Part shown: one piece after another, positions 27,751 to 37,255 of the stretch
How the letters are laid out: each line of letters begins with the position of its first letter
How positions within the stretch are numbered: the stretch's first letter is position 1
Origin: Candidatus Hodarchaeum mangrovi
Lineage (GTDB): Archaea > Asgardarchaeota > Heimdallarchaeia > Hodarchaeales > Hodarchaeaceae
Reading direction: 5' to 3'
NCBI GenBank assembly: GCA_016839515.1
Contig: JAEOUE010000030.1
Location: 1-48,806 of the forward strand
DNA length: 48,806 nucleotides
Notes under the pieces: generated by a model
Told to the model about the DNA's origin: nothing
The model's database searches: none
Seen by the model: the letters and a program-made list of their open reading frames with translations, nothing else
Translations under genes and position numbers: made by a program

Positions 27751-29763
27751 CTAAATATCTAAATTCATAACCTCTAAGGCGTGTGTTTGGATGAATTTCC
27801 TCCTAGGCTTCACTTCTTCACCCATTAAGGTGACAAACATCTTTTCGGCCTCAATAATATTTTCCCGACTAAGTTGTAGAAGGGTTCGATTTGCTGGATC
27901 CATAACCGTTTCTCTGAGTTGAATTGGATTCATTTCACCCAATCCCTTGAATCTACTTATTTCCACATTTCCTCCCCATTCTCTTATCGTTTCATCTTTT
28001 TCTTTTTCTGATAAAACATAAACCTCTTTATTCCCTTTTTTAATTCGATAAAGAGGAGGTTGAGCTATATACAAATATCCTTCATCAATTAGTTCGGGCA
28101 TATAACGGAAGAAGAATGTTAAAAGTAAACAGACTATATGGTGTCCATCTATATCAGCATCCATTAATAGAATTATTTTATGATAACGAACCTTATCCAA
28201 AATGAAGTTTTCACGATATCCACCACCAATAGCTCGAATTATTTCCAGTATTTCTTTATTTCTCATCGCTTTTTCAAGTCTAGCTTTCTCTACATTTATG
28301 ACTTTTCCCCGTAAAGGAAGGATCGCTTGAAATTCGCTAAATCGACCTTCAATCGCACTACCACCTGCAGAATCACCCTCTACTAAAAATAATTCCCTTT
28401 GTTCAGGTTGGGAAGCAGTGCAATCTACTAATTTTCCCGTTCCCTTTGACTGAGTCTTTTTTACTGCATCTCTAATCTGTCGGAATTTCATTCGGATTGT
28501 AGCGGTGGTTTCGAACTTCTCCATCATAGCTTTTGCGCTTATAGGATGCTCTTCAAGGAATTTCAAAATATTTTCATATGTACAACTCTCTACTATCCCC
28601 CGAACCTCACTATTTCCTAATTTGCTTTTTGTTTGTCCTTCAAATTGAGGATTCATTACTTTTACCGAAACTACTGCAACCAGTCCCTCTCTTGCGTCAT
28701 TACCGGTAAAAACTGACCTTTTTTCTCTCAAACCTTTTCTAAGATGAGAATTCTTGATTAATTGATCGTTTTTTAAGGCATAGGCATTAATTGCTCTTGT
28801 CAATCCAGATTTAAATCCTGACAAATGTGTTCCACCGTGTCTAGTATTGATATTGTTAGTAAAAGTATGAATCAAATCACGTTCTGATCGATCATACGCT
28901 AAAGAAACCTCCACCTGTGTTGTATCTATTGTTTCATCAAAATATGGGATATCTTCGTGAACCACATTTGAAACAAGCTGCTCGACATACGCACGAATAC
29001 CACCTTCAAAATGATATCTCCATTCATTTGAGCTAGGATTATCTTCTGAATAATCTGATCTGTTTTGTTCTTTTTCTTCATCTAAATTTGCTAGAATATC
29101 TGGAATACCATTTTTTTTCCGATTATCAATTAAAATGATTGTTAAACCCTTATTTAAAAAAGCTAATTCACGAAGACGGCTTTTTATTGTTTCTAAGCTA
29201 AAACTTCCAGTTTCAAAGATTTCTGGGTCAGGAATAAATGTTATTTGAGTCCCCGTTTTATATTCCCAGTCTTCTTTAACTTCAATCAATCCATGTGAGA
29301 TTGTTTCCCCACGAACATACTCTTGCATTAGAATTTTATTGTTTCTCTTAACCTTTACCTGCATCCAACTCGATAAGGCATTTACAACTGCAATACCGAC
29401 TCCATGTAGTCCACCACTTACTTTATACGAAGAATGATCAAATTTTCCTCCCGAATGTAATCTTGTTGTAACCAATTCCAAGGATGACATATTATAATGA
29501 GGATGAGGATCTGTAGGTATACCACGACCATTATCACGAATTGAAACAGACTCTTGACCGTGTTCAGTCTGACCTAAGGTTACTCTAATCTCATCGCAGA
29601 CTCCAGCCATTGCTTCATCAATACTATTATCTACTATTTCCCATACTAAATGATGTAATCCCCCAACATCAATGCTACCAATGTACATTGCTGGTCGACG
29701 GCGTACAGCCTCTAATCCCTCCAATACTTGTATCGATTCTGCACCATATTCTCCAGAAGACAA
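27751..29763 (-). CDS. gyrB: DNA gyrase subunit B
   Basis: IQVLEGLEAVRRRPAMYIGS, EIVDNSIDE, DNGRGIP, GGLHGVG, FEGQTK, Toprim VEGDSAGG, PLRGK, DADIDG and RFKGLGEM; TTG start. Confidence 0.97.
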   Translation of the reverse strand: MSSGEYGAESIQVLEGLEAVRRRPAMYIGSIDVGGLHHLVWEIVDNSIDEAMAGVCDEIRVTLGQTEHGQESVSIRDNGRGIPTDPHPHYNMSSLELVTTRLHSGGKFDHSSYKVSGGLHGVGIAVVNALSSWMQVKVKRNNKILMQEYVRGETISHGLIEVKEDWEYKTGTQITFIPDPEIFETGSFSLETIKSRLRELAFLNKGLTIILIDNRKKNGIPDILANLDEEKEQNRSDYSEDNPSSNEWRYHFEGGIRAYVEQLVSNVVHEDIPYFDETIDTTQVEVSLAYDRSERDLIHTFTNNINTRHGGTHLSGFKSGLTRAINAYALKNDQLIKNSHLRKGLREKRSVFTGNDAREGLVAVVSVKVMNPQFEGQTKSKLGNSEVRGIVESCTYENILKFLEEHPISAKAMMEKFETTATIRMKFRQIRDAVKKTQSKGTGKLVDCTASQPEQRELFLVEGDSAGGSAIEGRFSEFQAILPLRGKVINVEKARLEKAMRNKEILEIIRAIGGGYRENFILDKVRYHKIILLMDADIDGHHIVCLLLTFFFRYMPELIDEGYLYIAQPPLYRIKKGNKEVYVLSEKEKDETIREWGGNVEISRFKGLGEMNPIQLRETVMDPANRTLLQLSRENIIEAEKMFVTLMGEEVKPRRKFIQTHALEVMNLDI

Positions 29764-30015
29764 AATTAAACACCAAGAAACACTATAATACCAAGTTGAA
29801 TAATCTCTTGTTCCTTTTACTGCTTTGAAGGTTAAAAAATTACTCTAACATAATTAAATTATTTGTCAAATTGCTTTTAAATCTTTTCCAAAGAATGAGC
29901 CTATTTTTTTGAGAATTTAATTTCCAATTTTTGGCTCCTTCTTTCATTAAGGGACAATTTTTATCTTAAATTAAACATTATTAAGAAAAAATTTGATGAT
30001 AGTAAAATTGAAAGC

Positions 30016-30750
30016 TCAAACTCCTGATATTAACCTTTGACATAAATAATCATCTAGTTCCTCACGAAAAATTGCATCACAGGTTTTTTTGACATCATAT
30101 TTTAATCGAATAATTTTTGCTTCAATTCCTGATTTAGAAAATTCAACGACACCATAGCTTGCTCTAGCATCACCATCTCGTGGTTGACCAACGCTTCCGG
30201 GATTAATCACGACTTTACCCCGTGTCTTATAAACAAACGCTTGGTGGGTATGTCCCAAAATAACAATTTCCCATTTCTTAATCCAAGAGAGTATTTTTGA
30301 TTTTTGCTCGGGTTCTGGCTCTTTTCTCCAAAATGGAAAGAGAAAATAGCCCCAATTCTCATCAGGTGTTCCGTGAGAAACCATAATTAGACGATTATTG
30401 AATTTTACTTCCATTTGCGGTTTCAAGGACTTAAGATATTCGTACTGAGTACAATTATCACTTTCAAGTAATTTATTCCGGGTCCACTTTAGAGATTTCA
30501 CGGCAATTTCATTAAACCAATTTATTTTCTTCGAGAATTCTTTTGAAGTAGTAACTTCATCATGATTGCCCTGAATCACATATTTACAATTTTTTCTTAC
30601 CAAATCAATGCATTCAATTGGATGAGGATAATATCCAACTATATCCCCTGCACATATTATTTGTTCAATATTTTTTTCCTTAATATCCTTTAAAACGGAT
30701 GTTAAAGCTTCTAAATTTCCATGAATATCTGAAATTATTGCAACAATCAG
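30016..30750 (-). CDS. Calcineurin-like metallophosphoesterase (YfcE/MJ0936-like), probable CTG start
   Basis: The frame upstream of the track start (30603) encodes LIVAIISDIHGNLEAL...CAGDIVGYYP. Downstream motifs are GNHD, SHGTP, GHTH and NPGSVGQPRDG. Confidence 0.9.
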   Translation of the reverse strand: MIVAIISDIHGNLEALTSVLKDIKEKNIEQIICAGDIVGYYPHPIECIDLVRKNCKYVIQGNHDEVTTSKEFSKKINWFNEIAVKSLKWTRNKLLESDNCTQYEYLKSLKPQMEVKFNNRLIMVSHGTPDENWGYFLFPFWRKEPEPEQKSKILSWIKKWEIVILGHTHQAFVYKTRGKVVINPGSVGQPRDGDARASYGVVEFSKSGIEAKIIRLKYDVKKTCDAIFREELDDYLCQRLISGV

Positions 30751-30783
30751 TTCTCTCTGCTCCAGGATAGAACATAGGTTTGA

Positions 30784-31185
30784 TCAAATCGATTTCTGCC
30801 TTAATGCAGATGTAAGCTCTTCTTTTTGTGATTCTAGTAATCTAATTCGTTCATTTTTATCTTCAATTTGGTTTTTCAGCTTACTCATATCATCTTTGCT
30901 TAATTCCAATTCACGTTGGAGAGAAACAATTCTATTTTCACTTGATTCTAACTTTTTTGCAAAATCATCCTTAAGTGCTATTACTTCAGCTTCAAGTTTA
31001 GTTGATCTATCTTCTAATTCTTTATTTTTAGTTCTCAACGCATTAGTAGACTGTTTTAAGTCAGAAACTTCATTCAGGAGTCGATCAACCTTTTGAGGAA
31101 CTTGTTTTGTGATTTCCATTGATTCTAGAAGACTATTTTTAATTTCTGTTAGTTCTTTTGTATTTTCCTTGAACGAGTTTGTCAT
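30784..31185 (-). CDS. Coiled-coil hypothetical protein
   Basis: 133 aa of almost continuous L/E/K-rich heptads; ATG with GGTG SD. Confidence 0.8.
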   Translation of the reverse strand: MTNSFKENTKELTEIKNSLLESMEITKQVPQKVDRLLNEVSDLKQSTNALRTKNKELEDRSTKLEAEVIALKDDFAKKLESSENRIVSLQRELELSKDDMSKLKNQIEDKNERIRLLESQKEELTSALRQKSI

Positions 31186-31586
31186 TTAAAGCACCATAGC
31201 TTAAGATTAATTCCTAAGTTTAAAGCATTTTGTTTACAGTTAAGTGTTTTATCAAATTGAATAATTTTCATCAATGAAAAAATTGTTAGATTACATTTTT
31301 AGTAGAAAAAACCTAAAGAAAGCACTATTTTCATACACCTATCGTGTTTGTATATTAAAAAAATTGAAAAACGATCCAGAAGTAAACAAATTTACTAAAA
31401 ATATCATATCTTCACCAGTTTTTTAATGCTAAAGGATTTTAAACTGATGAATGGTGAACCATTTCCTTAAGACAAATCAGTGTAAGACAATAAAATAAGG
31501 TTATAAATCTCAGGTTTCTAAAAATAAGTTGAATTTAAAGGGATTTTTAGATTTAATTTTAAATTGATCAGATAGGAGTTGTTTGA

Positions 31587-31772
31587 GTGAAACTTATATC
31601 ATTTAAAGCCCCAAATACATATTTACAGGGATTGGATGAATTAGTAAGAAGTGGAGTATATAGTTCTAGGTCAGAAGCGATCAGAATTGCTATACGAGAC
31701 CTATTAAAACGAGAATTAGATTGGACAACGGGAGGGCCTCCTACTTCATTGGTTGAGATTGATGAGTCATAA
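31587..31772 (+). CDS. Ribbon-helix-helix (CopG/Arc/MetJ-type) DNA-binding protein
   Basis: MKLISFKAP...LDELVRSGVYSSRSEAIRIAIRDLL matches the RHH pattern; GTG start with AGGAG SD. Confidence 0.9.
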   Translation: MKLISFKAPNTYLQGLDELVRSGVYSSRSEAIRIAIRDLLKRELDWTTGGPPTSLVEIDES

Positions 31773-31814
31773 GTTTTAGACATATAATTGACTTGGAATA
31801 TTGGTGATTGCATC

Positions 31815-32963
31815 ATGGAAGTAATAACAGAAGAGAGTAGACCAAAGACAGATATAGAACTAAGCCATAAGAAATCTGGGGGAAATACAATTAGAAGATT
31901 AAAATTTACACTAACCTCCATTCGTGCAAATCTAAAATTTGTAGCCAGAGCTATTCTTAGAGAACTCAAATATTTTCTTCCATTACAGGACTTATTCATT
32001 CTTATTTTAATGGTAATTGGTATAATTCTGATTATTGCAATGTTTTTGCTATTGTTAATACCATTAATAATATTATTATTGTCTGAATCTGAAGCAGTTA
32101 AATTTCAGACTGAAGCTTGGAGATTTATGACAGATCCAACGGTTTTAAGATGGGCTGCAGGAATTATAGGAATAGCTACTTTCGTTATAAGATTGATGAT
32201 AAAATCACCAATAATGAGATTTAAGGACAAAGTAAATACGAAAAAAGATGTCACATACGTTTTCGGAAGCTCCCGTTCTGCTGAACAATTTCTTTTTGAA
32301 ATGGTTAATCAGTATGGTTATGAAGATAAAGTTGCTTTAATCGCAGATGCTGATCTCCTTTGGATTAGAAAATTAAGATCGCAAATGGATATTTATATTG
32401 AACAAAATCTAAAAGAATTTGAAAAACCTAATTTATATGAAACCATTGGATTTGCAAATGCACGTCGTGTAATGATTCTTTCTGATAGTATCGAGTTGAA
32501 TCAAAACATATTAACACATGTTAGAAATGTTCGTCCTGATATTGAAATAATTTTACTTTCTCAATATGCGCCTATTTTTGTTTTTAGTGATCTGGTAAAG
32601 GATAATAACTTAATTGTTATTGAAGATTTAGATATGACAATTCAGGGATTAGTTTATTCTTTAAGTTTGGACATTGGTTTTCCACCAACGGTTGAAATAG
32701 ATGTCCCACGTACTCATTTGGGAGCTACAGGCATACAAATGACCTCTGATCTTGTTAAACAAAAAGTTCTCTTAATCAAAAGAAAGAATCAGATTCTTCC
32801 TCCAGATGAAATATTAAAACCAGGAGATCGAATAATTGTATATTTTTACTCAAATTATTACATGAAAACTACAAACAGAATAGTAACTGAACTTCCATAT
32901 AAATTCGAAAAAAGTGAATCAGAAATAATACAGGAAGATGCGAGAGGTCTATTGGAGGTTTAA
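31815..32963 (+). CDS. Two-TM membrane protein with degenerate RCK (TrkA-N/TrkA-C-like) domains
   Basis: Two hydrophobic segments, then Rossmann-like TYVFGSSRSAE...A.RVMILSD and a TrkA-C-like ILPPDEILKPGDRIIV. ATG 31815 has a GGTGA SD (the track start is 31788). Confidence 0.65.
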   Translation: MEVITEESRPKTDIELSHKKSGGNTIRRLKFTLTSIRANLKFVARAILRELKYFLPLQDLFILILMVIGIILIIAMFLLLLIPLIILLLSESEAVKFQTEAWRFMTDPTVLRWAAGIIGIATFVIRLMIKSPIMRFKDKVNTKKDVTYVFGSSRSAEQFLFEMVNQYGYEDKVALIADADLLWIRKLRSQMDIYIEQNLKEFEKPNLYETIGFANARRVMILSDSIELNQNILTHVRNVRPDIEIILLSQYAPIFVFSDLVKDNNLIVIEDLDMTIQGLVYSLSLDIGFPPTVEIDVPRTHLGATGIQMTSDLVKQKVLLIKRKNQILPPDEILKPGDRIIVYFYSNYYMKTTNRIVTELPYKFEKSESEIIQEDARGLLEV

Positions 32964-32965
32964 AA

Positions 32966-33676
32966 ATGAGCTTTTTGAAACGTAGACGAATTCGTAAATT
33001 TGCTGAAAAAGCGGTTGAAAGACGAAGTACAATATTTGTTTTTGGAAGTAATATATTTGCAGAAGCCTTCATTGATCATTTAATAACTATAGGTGCTCAT
33101 GAAAAAGTTTCTTTGATATCTGATAAAAAACTTGCTTGGGTTGAGGAAGTAGAAAAAACAATTAATGTATTAATAGAAGAAAGGAGAGAAGAATACTCAA
33201 AAAGAAACTTATATGAAAATATTGGTTTTCAAAGCGCAGAAAAAGTAATAATTCTACATGAAGAACCTATTATAATCCAGAATATTATGTCATTTATTTC
33301 CGATGAGGACCTTAAAGTGGTTCTAATTGAACAATTCGCTCCCCCTTTTGTCCATTACTTAGCAGCACAAAAACAGGGTCACATAGTTATAGTGGATAAC
33401 CTATTCCAAATAGTTCGAGAATTATATAATCAGATGAATCTTCCATTAGCCAAACCACAAGTAATTTCCATTCCTATTAGTGGAAAATTAAAAGAATTAA
33501 ATTTAGCGAATTTAGAAATTCTAGGAATAAAAGTGGTCAATATCTTACGAGAAAATTCAAAGGAGCGTATTTTTCCTTTGGATGATCCAATTCAAGAAAA
33601 TGATCGATTACTATTATATTTAGAAGAACCAGTTTATTCAATGAAGAATTTAGTTGAATTCCTTTCAACTTATTAG
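32966..33676 (+). CDS. Soluble degenerate RCK-like protein, paralogue of the upstream gene's C-terminal part
   Basis: Aligns by eye with the upstream protein (VFGS..AE, KV.LI.D..L.W, NLYE.IGF..A..V.IL, Q.AP.FV); C-terminal PIQENDRLLL. Confidence 0.65.
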   Translation: MSFLKRRRIRKFAEKAVERRSTIFVFGSNIFAEAFIDHLITIGAHEKVSLISDKKLAWVEEVEKTINVLIEERREEYSKRNLYENIGFQSAEKVIILHEEPIIIQNIMSFISDEDLKVVLIEQFAPPFVHYLAAQKQGHIVIVDNLFQIVRELYNQMNLPLAKPQVISIPISGKLKELNLANLEILGIKVVNILRENSKERIFPLDDPIQENDRLLLYLEEPVYSMKNLVEFLSTY

Positions 33677-34323
33677 AAATTTCCCTTTTTCTTTTTCACT
33701 TGATAACACAATAATTTTTCATCAGGTAATTGTCTTTCTGAAATAATTTGTAGTGAAAAGTCATCTATGAATAAATCAATCAATAAATCGTTCTTATTCC
33801 TACTTGATGTTATAAAAAAGCTATAATTAAATTGAATTCTTCGTAGCTCTTCTAAAAATTGTACGATAATTCGGATACCATCTGAGCCTCCAGACCATGT
33901 TCGATATAATTCTGGATTTACAACCTGTTGTTCCGTTTTACTAGTAATGACATATGGTGGATTAAAGAATATTATATAGGGTTTAAAAGTTGAAAAATTT
34001 AGACAATCAAAGAAATTCGTGCATAGTAATGAATATTTACCATCCAAAAGATATCTTTTCATATTTAAAGAGCTTAGAAAAATAGCTGTTTGGGAGATAT
34101 CAATTCCAATAAAATGAAAATGAGGGAATTTTATGCTCAAAGCTATTGAAATATATCCTGTACCAACTCCTAATTCACACACTAATGAAGATAATTTTGA
34201 GGGACTAATACATTTTTGACAAAAATCTATTAAAGTATCTGAGAGGAACCAGGTATCCTCTCCTGGAGGATAAACATTCTGTCTTTCTTTCACCTTGATT
34301 GGGATGTTCATAACCCTTAACAT
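33673..34323 (-). CDS. HemK2/Mtq2-type release factor glutamine N5-methyltransferase
   Basis: VYPPGEDTWFL, SAM-binding ELGVGTGYI, GIDIS, FNPPY and WSGGSDG. Confidence 0.88.
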   Translation of the reverse strand: MLRVMNIPIKVKERQNVYPPGEDTWFLSDTLIDFCQKCISPSKLSSLVCELGVGTGYISIALSIKFPHFHFIGIDISQTAIFLSSLNMKRYLLDGKYSLLCTNFFDCLNFSTFKPYIIFFNPPYVITSKTEQQVVNPELYRTWSGGSDGIRIIVQFLEELRRIQFNYSFFITSSRNKNDLLIDLFIDDFSLQIISERQLPDEKLLCYQVKKKKGNF

Positions 34324-34387
34324 TCGTTTTATACTTATAATATTATGGAAGGACTATTAAAGGTAATTTTTTTCTTTATTAAAACTT

Positions 34388-37255
34388 TTAATTCATGATT
34401 AATCGTTTTTCAATCTGAATAAGTATATCTTCAAATGATTCTTTGACCCGATTTGAATACAATCCTGCTGAATACTGCAATAAATTAACGAAGAATGAAT
34501 TAGAATTTAAGAGTGAATTCCATGACAAAAAAATTAATACTTGTTTTAAATTCCATTCTTTGTTTTTCCAAACCTTTTGAAACTCTTTATAATCACAACC
34601 AAAGCTTGGGATAATAATAGATACCCGAAAAACCTCTTCTTCATCAATTTTCTCAGAATCAACATAGATTTCATCTATTAAAAGATTTTTAATTGCTTTG
34701 ACTGCGTTTTCATTCTTCAAAAATCCAAGTTCCAAGGTAGGTGTCACAATTCCATTTAAACGGACTATTCTAATATCAGGAGCCATTTGTAAGTAATTAT
34801 TTGCAATTGAATTTCCAATTCCATTAAAAAGTGAATCCACTAGATTTTTCGCATAAATATCTAGAACCTGTGCATAACTTGAATAAATATCAAGATTAGG
34901 ATTTTCAGTCATATTATCAAGCGCGTTTTTCAGCAGTGGGAAATTTTTACGACCAACGAGGGAAGAAGATAAATCTTTTGTTAAATTAGAGGGTAAATTT
35001 CTATTTTTTGAGTAAAAATAGTAATTACCGATTTTATCCCAAGTTAATAGTTGTTCTTTAGCCATTATTGAATAAATTTTTTCATTTAATCGTTTAACAG
35101 TCTTACTAGAATCGGGTAAGAATTCTTTTCCCTTTTTTAAAAGATTTTTTCTATTTATATTCAAAAAGGAACATGCTTGGGTATATTGGTTGGTTATATC
35201 TTTTTGAAGATTCAATATCTGTTTTTCTACTGATCCCTCTAGCTGTTTATACTTTTTCTCAATGTTTTTCTCTAGATCCTGTATCAATTTATTAAACTCA
35301 TCTCTCCCTTTTCTAAGAAATCCATGATTTACGGTAACATCATTCAACTTCTTTTCATCAATCTTACCATCAAGATAATCCTTGGCGAAATCTTGAATTT
35401 TCTTCATTTCATCTATAATTTTGTCTATTATTTTTTGATAATCTTGTATACCATCATCCATACAAGATCTAATGCCTTTAGCTGGACCAATCGATAATTG
35501 CAATAATTTTGAATCATTAGAGGGAAAAGAATAACCTTTAGCTATATCAGAAGGATTTTTCATTAGAAAATCTTCGATTTTAGCTATTTTCTTATTAAAG
35601 GCTTCCTCAAAATCTTTTATTCTTTTAAAGATCAACTGTTGTTCTTTGGGTAGATATTCTATATTTACAGAAATTAGTGCTGCTAAAAATGTTTGAATAT
35701 CAAATGAGTTAATTTTCTCGATCTTAGAAGGAAAATCAACCGTAAAATCAAGCTTTGATTTGATAGAATCAAGATATGAATAAACTGAAAAAATAAAATA
35801 CATCTGATGAATCATAATACTAAAGTCATTAAACCTCTCGATTGTCCAATTTATTAGATTATTTGGGTTGTCTTTGTCTAATGCGATGTTATATAAAATC
35901 ATGTTGACTCCTAAAGCGAGGTTTGAAAATAAGGCACGATAAAAGGGAAGAATATCACTAGCTTGATTGACATTAAAAGAAATGGGTTGAATCTTAGTTA
36001 ATTTATACCTTGTCATATGTTTTTCAAGAGTTATAAAGTGGCTAGGTGGAATCTGATCCCGAAAAGATGGCAAAATATCAGTTATATCAACCAAGCTTAT
36101 TTCAGATGCTAATTTGAAAACTACCTGTAAATATTTCCACGCTGTTCCTGTTAATCCAGTAGAAAAATGTTCACAAAAATTTCGAAGAAAAGGGATTAAC
36201 ATTTTTTCTTCGTGGGGATGCTTTGGTAATATGGCAGAACCAATACGAGTCAAAGTTCCTGCAAGATCATATTGTTCATTAATTTTTGTTGTTAATGCTT
36301 CGATCCTATTCTGAAAATCGCTTAAACGTGGATCAGTTAGAAGTAATAAAGGAACTTCACGTAAAAATTTATGAAACACCTCAGTTTCAATTCTAGATGT
36401 GAGATTTTGCTTTGTTACTTCGTGAAGTGCATAATCTTCTAAAATGTTATTTAGATCATTTGTTTCAAAATCAGAGATTATTTGAGTCAAAAAGTCGTCA
36501 ACTTTTAATTTTTTTATTTCATCATTTAAGAAGTTAAGAATATCCTTCTTTATTGTCTTTAATTTAGGTAACATGACTAAGGAATGAGGGTTTTCACTTG
36601 CAAGAAATTCTAATAGATCTTCCGCTAGCTCAGCGATTAAATCTCCCGATTCCTTTTTTATACTCTCAGAAACTTCCTTAAATTTTCCTTTCTCCTCTGC
36701 AATCTTCACTAATGTTGTAGAATATTCATAATCATGTATAGACTCATCTACCGTTTGTTTCAAGGCAGAAGAAAACAGCTTTTCATTTAAAGGAAGTGAA
36801 TGGTTTTTCCTGGTCTTTTTTATACTCTCAAAGAAAATATCGATGACATCACTAATGCTAAAAGATGTAAATTCTCGTTCAGCACGATCATATAGATCAG
36901 TTTTCATTACTTCTTCTGCAAATGTTATCACAAGTTCTTCATAGAAATCTAGAAGAGCAGGAGCTACAGTAATATTTTGGGCAGAGATAAGAAGAAATTG
37001 GCCAATTAATTCCTTATCTCCACTTTTAGTAGTAAATCGGCCAGTTTTATTACTATGGCTCCCACCAACAAATCTCCTAGTATCTCCACCAACTTCACCT
37101 CCTAACATCTGCTGGACTGCGGTTAATCCTCCTGTATAGACTTGTTCATCCAAATCAGAACGCAAACCAGGTCTTCCTAAGCTAACCAAACTTAATCCAG
37201 CAACGGAGGCTAAACTTACCCATACAACTGGATTGAAATCTACATCACTTGGCAT
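34388..37255 (-). CDS. Large helical protein with N-terminal longin/roadblock-like domain
   Basis: N-terminal VWVSLASVAGLSLV...DEQVYTGGLTAVQQMLGGEVG resembles the Asgard longin-like motif (GL.L...D..L.sG.ltAi...E). The remaining ~800 aa look alpha-helical. Confidence 0.6.
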   Translation of the reverse strand: MPSDVDFNPVVWVSLASVAGLSLVSLGRPGLRSDLDEQVYTGGLTAVQQMLGGEVGGDTRRFVGGSHSNKTGRFTTKSGDKELIGQFLLISAQNITVAPALLDFYEELVITFAEEVMKTDLYDRAEREFTSFSISDVIDIFFESIKKTRKNHSLPLNEKLFSSALKQTVDESIHDYEYSTTLVKIAEEKGKFKEVSESIKKESGDLIAELAEDLLEFLASENPHSLVMLPKLKTIKKDILNFLNDEIKKLKVDDFLTQIISDFETNDLNNILEDYALHEVTKQNLTSRIETEVFHKFLREVPLLLLTDPRLSDFQNRIEALTTKINEQYDLAGTLTRIGSAILPKHPHEEKMLIPFLRNFCEHFSTGLTGTAWKYLQVVFKLASEISLVDITDILPSFRDQIPPSHFITLEKHMTRYKLTKIQPISFNVNQASDILPFYRALFSNLALGVNMILYNIALDKDNPNNLINWTIERFNDFSIMIHQMYFIFSVYSYLDSIKSKLDFTVDFPSKIEKINSFDIQTFLAALISVNIEYLPKEQQLIFKRIKDFEEAFNKKIAKIEDFLMKNPSDIAKGYSFPSNDSKLLQLSIGPAKGIRSCMDDGIQDYQKIIDKIIDEMKKIQDFAKDYLDGKIDEKKLNDVTVNHGFLRKGRDEFNKLIQDLEKNIEKKYKQLEGSVEKQILNLQKDITNQYTQACSFLNINRKNLLKKGKEFLPDSSKTVKRLNEKIYSIMAKEQLLTWDKIGNYYFYSKNRNLPSNLTKDLSSSLVGRKNFPLLKNALDNMTENPNLDIYSSYAQVLDIYAKNLVDSLFNGIGNSIANNYLQMAPDIRIVRLNGIVTPTLELGFLKNENAVKAIKNLLIDEIYVDSEKIDEEEVFRVSIIIPSFGCDYKEFQKVWKNKEWNLKQVLIFLSWNSLLNSNSFFVNLLQYSAGLYSNRVKESFEDILIQIEKRLIMN

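Noticed and set aside
25232-29763. Topoisomerase IV (parC/parE) instead of gyrase
   Set aside because: An intact GyrA-box (QQRGGKG) and a full-length pinwheel CTD favour gyrase.
31568-31999. 143 aa minus-strand ORF
   Set aside because: It is an antisense shadow of the RHH gene and the start of the RCK-like gene.
31815-32963. Potassium channel
   Set aside because: There is no TxGYG selectivity filter between the TM helices.
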